A stretch of DNA of 32,590 bases, taken from an uncultured virus (IMG/VR IMGVR_UViG_3300017767_000001). Its lineage: Duplodnaviria; Heunggongvirae; Uroviricota; Caudoviricetes. Position 1 is the stretch's first letter, and each line of letters begins with the position of its first letter. Location of the stretch: the IMG/VR virus record IMGVR_UViG_3300017767_000001, positions 62,001 through 94,590 of that record; one strand, 5' to 3'. Shown one piece after another: positions 8,941 to 17,094 of this stretch. Made by a program: the position numbers and the translations under genes. The notes under the pieces were generated by a model that was not told the origin of the DNA, searched no databases, and was given only the letters and a program-made list of their open reading frames with translations.

Positions 8941-11445
8941 ATGACAGCATTAAATTTTCCAGATAGTCCGAGCAATGGTGATACGTACCAGGGCTATACG
9001 TACAATAGTACAAAAGGCACTTGGGCGAAACCAGATTCTCCGGATCCTGATGCAAGAACTGCAGTATACGCAAACATTGCAGCATTGCCTACAAGTGGCA
9101 CTGCTGGTGATATGGCGTATGTAACTGCCACAAATCGTTTATATATTTGGACAGGCACTGGATGGTACAATATTGCATTAATTAATACAAATCCTACTAT
9201 TTCCGGAGTCAGTTCAAGTTATGCTCTTGAAATTGATGGTTCAGCAACTACAGTAACGATTACAGCTACAGATCCAGAAGGAATACCAATTACTTACAGT
9301 ATTGCATCAGATACTTCCGGAAATATTGCTACGGTAGCACAAGGTACCGGTGGAAATACAAATGTATTTACAATTACTCCTTCAACAAATACTGCACACG
9401 CAGGAACTTTTTCGCTTACTTTCCGAGCTTCCGATGGTGTAAATATTGCTTCTGCAGCAGCTAGCTTTACACTACAATTTAAAGTACAAAATTCTAAATA
9501 TACAACTGCCTTGATTACTTCAGTGGGTGCAAATAATGCTGTAAATTCTTCGTTTGATGATAAATCCACTTCGGATCATACAATCACAGCAAATGGAGAT
9601 GCTCATCAAACTACATTTAGTCCTTATCGACATGGAGGATACTCTGTATATTGTGACGGAAATGACGCTGTAAAATTCAATGAAACTGGTGCAGATGAGT
9701 TTACGTTCGGCACTGGAGATTTTACTATGGAAGGCTGGTTTTGGATTGATCTTGCTTCTATTGCAGCCAGCGGAGAGCATACATTAATTGGTAACAATGG
9801 TACAGATGGTGAAATGTGGTTTAGTGTCATTGGTTCCACATGGGGCGGTCCAAAGTACAATCTACAAACAGGTACAGGAAGCGGCTGGGCTAATACGATA
9901 TCCTCAGGAGCAAATACAGTTAAACTTAAACAGTGGGTACATTTAGCGGTTGTCAGAATTAGCGGTACTGTTAATATATATGAGAATGGCGTCTCTGTTG
10001 CAAATGGAAGTAACACAGTAAATATTCCAAACTCTAATAATATGCTTTCATTTATGGGACGGCCACAAACATACGGCCAATATGCAACAGGATATATTCA
10101 TGATGTTCGTATAACTAAAGGCACAGGGGTATATACTTCAGGTTTTACTCCTCCCACGGAAAAAATGGAAGCAGTTACTAATACTAAGTTACTTGCACTT
10201 CGTAAACCTTATATTGTTGATGAATCCGCTAGTCCTCTATCTGTAACAGTAGATACAGGCGATCCGAGTACAAAACCCTTTGCTCCATACGACTATTCAT
10301 CGTATGCAGCAGAAAATGGTGGTTCAATAGCTTGTGATGGCTCTGGTGATAGTATACAAATTACTGGAGGCTCTGACTTTACATTTACAGGTGATTTTAC
10401 TGCAGAGTGCTGGGTTTATTGCAATGCACATACAAATGATTATGCTGGAATTTTCGGTTTTTCTCATGACAGCCAAAGTACAGGATGGAATATTCTTGGC
10501 AGGTCAAACGGTAAACTACATTTTAATGTAGGAATGACTTATACGGATGCAACTGGATCTTTGCCTTTAAATCAATGGGTTCATTTAGCACTAGTTAGAA
10601 ATGGAAGCAGCTCAGGAAACTGTAAATTATATATAAATGGTGTAGCAGATGCGACAACAGTTACAAAAACAGGAACTGTAACTCAGCCAACATTTATACA
10701 AATTGGACAGTACCCTGGAATTGCCGCACGAGCATTTAATGGAAATATAGCAGATGTTCGTGTAGTAAATGGTACTGCAGTTTATACTTCTAATTTTACT
10801 CCTACTACTGCGCCTCTTACAGCAATTACAAATACAAAACTACTTGTACAGAGTACAGATGCAGGTATCATTGATAAGGCTCAAACTCCCCGATTTGTTA
10901 AACTTTTAGGAAATACAAAGTCGTCTACAACTCAAACAAAGTTTCTTTCAAGCTCTATGTACTTTGATGGTACTGGAGATTATATCGAGGCAGACGACCA
11001 AGATATAGGAAATTTTGGTAGTGGAGATTTTACAGCAGAAGGATGGTTCTATCTTACAGCATCTCCTTCAAATTATATTACTATCGCAGAAACACGAGGT
11101 AGCGGAGGATCGACAACTGGCTGGGTTATGGCAATAAGTGCAGGAGACTTTTATGTTTATTCCGGAGCATTTATCGGAGCAAAAGGAAGTGCTATTTCTT
11201 CAAATACATGGTATCACTGGGCTTTTACAAGAAGCGGCACAGATCAAAAAGTATTTTTAAATGGAACTCAAACAGGAAGCACCTATACAACGGCCAGAAA
11301 CTACACAGATAATAATTTTACAATAGGAGCTAAACACGATGCATCTGAATTTTTTACAGGCTACCAGAGCGATGTTCGTATAACCAAAGATTTAGCAAGA
11401 TACACAGCGAATTTTACGCCACCAACGGCAGCTTTAGAGGGATAA
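8941..11445 (+). CDS. Tail-associated adhesin with three LamG/concanavalin A-like domains (834 aa)
   Basis: N-motif MTALNFPDSPSNG; DPEG Ig-like domain; three copies of the LamG-like pattern F..GDFT.E.W ... W.H.A..R ... DVR. Confidence 0.85.
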   Translation: MTALNFPDSPSNGDTYQGYTYNSTKGTWAKPDSPDPDARTAVYANIAALPTSGTAGDMAYVTATNRLYIWTGTGWYNIALINTNPTISGVSSSYALEIDGSATTVTITATDPEGIPITYSIASDTSGNIATVAQGTGGNTNVFTITPSTNTAHAGTFSLTFRASDGVNIASAAASFTLQFKVQNSKYTTALITSVGANNAVNSSFDDKSTSDHTITANGDAHQTTFSPYRHGGYSVYCDGNDAVKFNETGADEFTFGTGDFTMEGWFWIDLASIAASGEHTLIGNNGTDGEMWFSVIGSTWGGPKYNLQTGTGSGWANTISSGANTVKLKQWVHLAVVRISGTVNIYENGVSVANGSNTVNIPNSNNMLSFMGRPQTYGQYATGYIHDVRITKGTGVYTSGFTPPTEKMEAVTNTKLLALRKPYIVDESASPLSVTVDTGDPSTKPFAPYDYSSYAAENGGSIACDGSGDSIQITGGSDFTFTGDFTAECWVYCNAHTNDYAGIFGFSHDSQSTGWNILGRSNGKLHFNVGMTYTDATGSLPLNQWVHLALVRNGSSSGNCKLYINGVADATTVTKTGTVTQPTFIQIGQYPGIAARAFNGNIADVRVVNGTAVYTSNFTPTTAPLTAITNTKLLVQSTDAGIIDKAQTPRFVKLLGNTKSSTTQTKFLSSSMYFDGTGDYIEADDQDIGNFGSGDFTAEGWFYLTASPSNYITIAETRGSGGSTTGWVMAISAGDFYVYSGAFIGAKGSAISSNTWYHWAFTRSGTDQKVFLNGTQTGSTYTTARNYTDNNFTIGAKHDASEFFTGYQSDVRITKDLARYTANFTPPTAALEG

Positions 11446-11449
11446 TACA

Positions 11450-12886
11450 ATGGCAGCAGTAAATTTACCAGATAATCCAGCCAACGGCACTACACAAACT
11501 GTTGGTGGAATTACTTATACTTATAATTCGAGTAAGGGCTACTGGACAGCAGCCGCAAGTTCCGGCGGAGGCGGGGGAGGCGGCGCTTCGGTGAGCACTT
11601 CTGATGCTGCCCCAGGTTCTCCAAGTGATGGCGATCTTTGGTACGATACTGATGATGGCGGTATGTTTGTATACTATCAAGATACTGATTCTAGTCAATG
11701 GGTTGAAGTAATTGGCTCTGCTGGAGCCACTGGAGCCGCAGGAGCCGCAGGAGCTGCTGCTACTGGATATGGACAAGTTCCGATTGTTTATACCGAGCCT
11801 TCTACTACGCACAGTTTAAATAAGGATGGCAGTACTAGTACAGTACAGATGCAGGCAGTTGATCCTGAAGGAACTGCAATTACATATGGAATTGCGTATG
11901 CAAATGCTACAAATGCGCGACCAAATCAACTTGCAACAGATACAACTATTAATCAAAGTACTGGTACTTTTACTTTTGACCCCTCTACAAATAGTTCTCA
12001 TGCAGGTACTTTTAAAGCACGTTTAAGTGCTTCAGATGGAATTACACACGCTACTCGTTTTGTAGATTTTAGTTTAGCTTTTACCGTAGATGTAGACTAC
12101 TTGGTTATTGCTGGCGGTGGTGGGGGTGCTGCCGGTTCGGCAGGTGGTGGTGGTGGAGGTGCTGGTGGTTATCGTACTGGTACTGGCCTTTCTTTAACAC
12201 CTGGCACAACTTACTCTATTACTGTAGGTGCAGGGGGTACAGGTAATCCAACATCTGATGGTATTAGTGCCTCTTCAACAGACGGGGCCAACTCTGTATT
12301 TTCTACCATAACAGCAACTGGTGGAGGAGGGGGTCAAGGTGGACACGCTTCATCTCCTTGGGCGGGCCCTGGACGAGATGGTGGATCAGGTGGTGGCGGT
12401 CGTTACGGGGGTGCTGGAGGAGCAGGTACTTCTGGTCAAGGTAATGATGGTGGAGCATCCACCTCGGCCGGTAGTAGAGGTGGTGGTGGAGGCGGTGGTG
12501 CTGGAGGTGCGGGCGCAGATGGTACATCAGGCGCTGGAGGTGCTGGGGGTGCTGGTTTGGCTTCTTCGATAACAGGTTCTTCTGTAGTACGAGCTAGTGG
12601 AGGAGCAGGCGGTAATACTGGTTCAAATACTGTTGCTGCTACTACTGGAGGCGGGGGAGCTGGGGGCACTTCTGCAAATTCAACGGCAGGTACCGCAAAT
12701 ACTGGCGGCGGTGGCGGTGGTAATGGTAGTAGCGCGGGCGCAAAAGACGGTGGCTCGGGCGTAGTAATTATCGCAGCGCAGGAGGCAGCAGCAACTGTAG
12801 CAGGAACTTATACTGTAGACACTAGCGGCAGATCCGGATGGCATGTTTATACATTTACAGCAGGCACCGGTAGTATAACTTTTTAA
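11450..12886 (+). CDS. Glycine-rich adhesin/minor tail protein (478 aa)
   Basis: N-motif MAAVNLPDNPANG; GDLWYD module; Gly-X-Y linker; DPEG Ig-like domain; Gly-rich domain from YLVIAGGGGG to VYTFTAGTGSITF. Confidence 0.85.
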   Translation: MAAVNLPDNPANGTTQTVGGITYTYNSSKGYWTAAASSGGGGGGGASVSTSDAAPGSPSDGDLWYDTDDGGMFVYYQDTDSSQWVEVIGSAGATGAAGAAGAAATGYGQVPIVYTEPSTTHSLNKDGSTSTVQMQAVDPEGTAITYGIAYANATNARPNQLATDTTINQSTGTFTFDPSTNSSHAGTFKARLSASDGITHATRFVDFSLAFTVDVDYLVIAGGGGGAAGSAGGGGGGAGGYRTGTGLSLTPGTTYSITVGAGGTGNPTSDGISASSTDGANSVFSTITATGGGGGQGGHASSPWAGPGRDGGSGGGGRYGGAGGAGTSGQGNDGGASTSAGSRGGGGGGGAGGAGADGTSGAGGAGGAGLASSITGSSVVRASGGAGGNTGSNTVAATTGGGGAGGTSANSTAGTANTGGGGGGNGSSAGAKDGGSGVVIIAAQEAAATVAGTYTVDTSGRSGWHVYTFTAGTGSITF

Positions 12887-12896
12887 GGAGTAAAGA

Positions 12897-14282
12897 ATGG
12901 CAACTAACTTTCCAAATAGTCCATCGAATGGAGCCACACATACATTTGGCGGAACTACGTACACTTATAATTCTTCAAAAGCTGTGTGGAAGGCGAGTGC
13001 TGATGCTGTTGCTGTAGGAGATAATCCTCCCTCAAATCCGGAAACAGGTGCATTATGGTTCGATTCAAGCGTAGCAAAAACGTATATTTACTACAATGAT
13101 GGCTCTTCTGCACAGTGGGTACAGCTAAATCCTTCTGGTGGATCAGATGGTGCAGACGCGACAGGTGACGGTGAAAGTCCAATAATTTATACAGAACCAC
13201 CTACGAGTCATTCTTTAAATAAGGATGGCAGCACTAGCACAGTACAAATGCAGGCAGTAGATCCTGAAGGTACTGCAATTACTTATGGTATTGCTTATGC
13301 AAACTCTACAAATACTCGACCCACGCAGCTTGCAGCAGATACAACTATTAATCAAAGTACTGGTACTTTTACTTTTGATCCTTCTACAACCTCGAGTCAT
13401 GCAGGGTCTTTTAAAGCAAGATTAAGTGCCTCTGATGGCATACAGACTTCTACTCGTTTTGTGGACTTTAATCTTAGCTTTAATCCTGATATTACATACT
13501 TAGTTGTAGCTGGCGGAGGTGGCGGAGGTACACAGTCTGGTGGTGGTGGAGGTGCTGGAGGACTTCTTACCGGAAGTAGTACTCTTGCTATAGGAACAAC
13601 ATACACAGTTACAGTTGGAGCCGGAGGAAATGGCTCTGCAACAGGTCCTGGAGCTGCTTCAGATGGAGCAAATAGTGTAATATCTGGTAGTGGATTTACT
13701 ACTCTTACAGCGATTGGAGGAGGTAAAGGAGGAATATATAATGGCGGTGCAGGAGGCACTGGAGGTTCTGGTGGTGGAGGTGCTGTAAATAACGGTGCTG
13801 GCGGATCAGCTACCTCTGGCCAAGGAAATGCAGGCGCAGCCGCTGGAGCAGATAATAGTAGTGCTACTGACTTCGGTGGTGGCGGTGGTGGTGCTGGCGA
13901 AGCTGGAAACACTGATGGGCCAGGACATGGTGGTGATGGTATAGAGTCAAGCATAACAGGAACAGCTACTTACTATGCTGGTGGCGGTGCCGGTGCTCAC
14001 CATCCTGCAAGTCAGTCTCCTGCTAGCGGAGGCCAAGGTGGTGGTGGTGCTGGAGTGAACTCATCCACGAATGGTGGTAACGGCTACCCCGGTACGGCAA
14101 ATACTGGCGGCGGTGGAGGCGCGGGCTCAGAGCACAATAATACTGGAGGTGCAGGGGGCTCTGGAGTTGTTATTATCAGAACTACTTCAACGGCCGCATC
14201 AACTACTGGATCCCCGACTCTAACTACTGACGGATCTTTTAATGTATACAAGTTTACTGCAAGCGGTAGCATAACTTTCTAA
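12897..14282 (+). CDS. Glycine-rich adhesin/minor tail protein (461 aa)
   Basis: RBS aggag. N-motif MATNFPNSPSNG; GALWFD module; DPEG Ig-like domain nearly identical to that of 11450-12886; Gly-rich domain ending VYKFTASGSITF. Confidence 0.85.
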   Translation: MATNFPNSPSNGATHTFGGTTYTYNSSKAVWKASADAVAVGDNPPSNPETGALWFDSSVAKTYIYYNDGSSAQWVQLNPSGGSDGADATGDGESPIIYTEPPTSHSLNKDGSTSTVQMQAVDPEGTAITYGIAYANSTNTRPTQLAADTTINQSTGTFTFDPSTTSSHAGSFKARLSASDGIQTSTRFVDFNLSFNPDITYLVVAGGGGGGTQSGGGGGAGGLLTGSSTLAIGTTYTVTVGAGGNGSATGPGAASDGANSVISGSGFTTLTAIGGGKGGIYNGGAGGTGGSGGGGAVNNGAGGSATSGQGNAGAAAGADNSSATDFGGGGGGAGEAGNTDGPGHGGDGIESSITGTATYYAGGGAGAHHPASQSPASGGQGGGGAGVNSSTNGGNGYPGTANTGGGGGAGSEHNNTGGAGGSGVVIIRTTSTAASTTGSPTLTTDGSFNVYKFTASGSITF

Positions 14283-14292
14283 GGAGTAAAGA

Positions 14293-16824
14293 ATGGCAAT
14301 TAATTTTACAGACAGTCCATCAAATGGAGCTACGCAAACAATCAGTGGGCGTACGTATACATACAATAGTGCAAAAAATAAGTGGGATACTACTGCTACA
14401 GAGGTAGCAGGCCCAACTGCAACTGTATATGCAAATGTTGCTGCCCTGCCTACTTCTGGAAATATTACTGGCAACCAGGCTTTTGTAAGTGCTACAAATC
14501 GGTTATACATATGGAATGGTACTGGTTGGTATAATATTGCACTTATTAATACAAATCCAACTATTAGTGGTGTAGCTTCGAGTTATGCTTTAGCAATTGA
14601 TGGTACTGCTACGACTGTAACGATTACAGCTTCTGACCCCGAAGGCATACCAATTACTTACAGTATTGCTTCGGATACTTCTGGAAATTCTGCAACAGTA
14701 GCTCAAGGAACGGGTTCAAATACAAACGTATTTACGATTACTCCTTCTACAAATACAGCTCACGCAGGAACTTTCAGTCTTACTTTCCGTGCAAGTGATG
14801 GTGTAAATCTGGCAACTGCTGTATCTTCCTTTACATTACAGTTTAAGGTTCAGAATCAAAAGTATACTACAGCACTCATTACTTCAGTAGGGGCAAACAA
14901 TGCTGTTAACACTTCTTTTGACGATAAGTCTACAAACGACCATACAATTACTGTAGCAGGAGACGCACATCAAACTACATTTAGTCCTTATCGACATGGA
15001 GGATATTCAACTTATTTTGATGGCACAACAGATTATTTAAAAGTAACAGACTCAGCCGAACATGACTTTGGAACAGGTGATTTCAGTATGGAATTTTTCT
15101 GGTGGCCTGAAACGGTAACTGGAAATAGTGGAAACATACATATAATGATTTCTGCTCCAAATAATAGTCATAATCAGTTTATCTACCATGAGTCCAACTA
15201 TTGGTATTATCAAAGTGGAGGTGGGGGCGCTACAGTAATACCAAGTTCTACAGGGGCCGCCACTGCTAAGACATGGAATCATGTGGTTCTTTGTAGATCT
15301 GGAACTACAATGAGTATATTTAGTAATGGTAGTCGAACTGCAACAGTGCAGTCAAGTGCAGCAGTTGATTTTTCTCATGCAACTATTGGTCGATATGATA
15401 GTGGAGGCTATGAAGTAGACGGATATATTCGAGATATGAGATGGTTAAAAGGAAGCTCTGCCTACGATGCTACACAAACATCTATAACAGTTCCGACCGA
15501 GCCTCTTACAGCAGTAACAAACACTACTTTCCTTGCTTGTCACTTACCTTATATTGCTGATGGTTCTACTACAGGCCATAGTATAGCTGTAAATGGCAAT
15601 ACTAAAACACTACCATTTGCACCTTATGACGAACAAGAGTACTCTGCCAGTAGTCATGGAGGTTCTGCGCATTTTGATGGTACTGGTGATTATTTAAGTA
15701 TTGCGGATCACGCAGATTTAGATATGGGTAGTTCGGATTTTACAATAGAAGGTTGGTATTATCCAGTTGTAACTCCGGGCGGAATGAATGGATTACTTTC
15801 AAAACGAGCAAATAGTAGTGAAGCAAACGGAATTTTAATATATTTTGGAGGCACTAGCACGGGCGAACCCTCCCTTTTAGTTGCACAGTCTGGTTCTTGG
15901 GCAATCAACACAGCTTCAAGTATAACTTTTAAAACTGGCCAGTGGAATCATTTTGCAATTGTAAGAAATGGAACTAGTTTTAAACTTTACATTAATGGAA
16001 AAGCAGGAGTATCAGTTACTAGTTCTATTACTGTAACTGATAATGGACATGCATTTATAATAGGAGCAATGGGAGCTGACGGTAGTAATCCCTTAGCAGA
16101 ATCTAATATATGTGATTTTCGTGTAGTAAAAGGAACAGCACTTTATACTGCGGATTTTACTCCTCCAACTGCTCCTCTTACAGCAGTTACAAACACAAAA
16201 CTACTTGTACAAAGTACAGACGCAGGCATCATTGATAAGGCTCAAGTTGCTCAACAAATAAAGTTAGTAGGAGATGTAAAATCCTCTACTACTCAAAATA
16301 AGTTTTTAACATCTTCAATAAAATTTGATGACAATGGTGATTATATTATTGTAAAACCTGGTCGAGAGTGGGCTTTTGGAACGGGCGATTTTACAGTAGA
16401 ATATTGGATTTATTATAATGCGATAGGAAGCTATGATTATGTATATGATGGCAGAAATAGTAGTCAAACTACAGGCGCTTGGAGTGTAGCTCATGGTTAC
16501 GGGGGAGGAAATGCCACAATACTTCAGTGGGCAAGTGGAGGTAGCGTAATTCTTACTGCTGCGAGTAATCCATCTACAAGTCAATGGGTCCATGTTGCAT
16601 TCTGCAGAAGTGGCTCAACCTTAAAACTATTCTATGATGGGACTGAAAATCAAAGTGCTACAGATAATACAAACTACTCTACAAATCTTACTCATTCTTA
16701 CTTTGGATGTAGACACAGTATCGAACATTATTTAAATGCATACCTAAGCGATTTTCGTGTAACAAAAGGTTTAGCTAGATACACTTCAAACTTCACTGCG
16801 CCGACAGCAGCTTTACAAGGGTAA
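14293..16824 (+). CDS. Tail-associated adhesin with three LamG/concanavalin A-like domains (843 aa), paralogue of 8941-11445
   Basis: RBS aggag. N-motif MAINFTDSPSNG; same Ig-like domain and linkers as 8941-11445; three LamG-like repeats. Confidence 0.85.
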   Translation: MAINFTDSPSNGATQTISGRTYTYNSAKNKWDTTATEVAGPTATVYANVAALPTSGNITGNQAFVSATNRLYIWNGTGWYNIALINTNPTISGVASSYALAIDGTATTVTITASDPEGIPITYSIASDTSGNSATVAQGTGSNTNVFTITPSTNTAHAGTFSLTFRASDGVNLATAVSSFTLQFKVQNQKYTTALITSVGANNAVNTSFDDKSTNDHTITVAGDAHQTTFSPYRHGGYSTYFDGTTDYLKVTDSAEHDFGTGDFSMEFFWWPETVTGNSGNIHIMISAPNNSHNQFIYHESNYWYYQSGGGGATVIPSSTGAATAKTWNHVVLCRSGTTMSIFSNGSRTATVQSSAAVDFSHATIGRYDSGGYEVDGYIRDMRWLKGSSAYDATQTSITVPTEPLTAVTNTTFLACHLPYIADGSTTGHSIAVNGNTKTLPFAPYDEQEYSASSHGGSAHFDGTGDYLSIADHADLDMGSSDFTIEGWYYPVVTPGGMNGLLSKRANSSEANGILIYFGGTSTGEPSLLVAQSGSWAINTASSITFKTGQWNHFAIVRNGTSFKLYINGKAGVSVTSSITVTDNGHAFIIGAMGADGSNPLAESNICDFRVVKGTALYTADFTPPTAPLTAVTNTKLLVQSTDAGIIDKAQVAQQIKLVGDVKSSTTQNKFLTSSIKFDDNGDYIIVKPGREWAFGTGDFTVEYWIYYNAIGSYDYVYDGRNSSQTTGAWSVAHGYGGGNATILQWASGGSVILTAASNPSTSQWVHVAFCRSGSTLKLFYDGTENQSATDNTNYSTNLTHSYFGCRHSIEHYLNAYLSDFRVTKGLARYTSNFTAPTAALQG

Positions 16825-16825
16825 T

Positions 16826-16853
16826 AAAAAAGGGGCTTAGAGCCCCTTTATTT
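16826..16853. terminator. Probable bidirectional intrinsic terminator between the convergent arms
   Basis: aaaaaaggggct-tag-agcccctttattt: a GC-rich hairpin with a T6 tract on the - strand and tttattt on the + strand. It overlaps the stop codon at 16837-16839. Confidence 0.8.
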
Positions 16854-17094
16854 CTTCTTGAAGTGCCATTGTGAATCCACGTATTGCCATTTCAAGTCGT
16901 TCAACTTTTAACTTCTCTTGCTCTAATTGTTCTTGTAAATCTTGAATTTGAGCAAGATATGAGATAGCTTTATCTGATAAGTCAGAAGCAGGAGTAGGGT
17001 CGGGAGCTCCCTCTCCCTCGTTTTCCCACTCCGACTCCGGACGAAGCTCTATAGAATCAGTCGCTGCTGACTTCGTCTCCAGTTCCTTCTTCAT
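16837..17094 (-). CDS. Small acidic coiled-coil protein, paralogue of 17057-17326
   Basis: Start moved to ATG17094 (taagga 8 nt upstream); the ORF track start at 17130 overlaps the upstream gene more. It aligns without gaps to the neighbouring gene product. Confidence 0.7.
   Translation of the reverse strand: MKKELETKSAATDSIELRPESEWENEGEGAPDPTPASDLSDKAISYLAQIQDLQEQLEQEKLKVERLEMAIRGFTMALQEEIKGL

Noticed and set aside
12436..13954. Proline-rich - strand ORFs (12436-12669, 13397-13954) and similar antisense ORFs
   Set aside because: They are shadows of GGN glycine codons on the opposite strand, lie wholly inside well-supported genes, and have no independent support.
3000..14310. Shufflon/invertase or integron-type site-specific system
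   Set aside because: All cassettes are in the same orientation with their own start codons. No recombinase gene, inverted crossover sites or attC-like palindromes were seen.
8941..16824. Diversity-generating retroelement (TR/VR pair) behind the adhesin repeats
   Set aside because: No reverse transcriptase is present in the window. Both copies of each repeat lie inside coding genes, and the differences inspected are mostly third-position changes not restricted to adenines.
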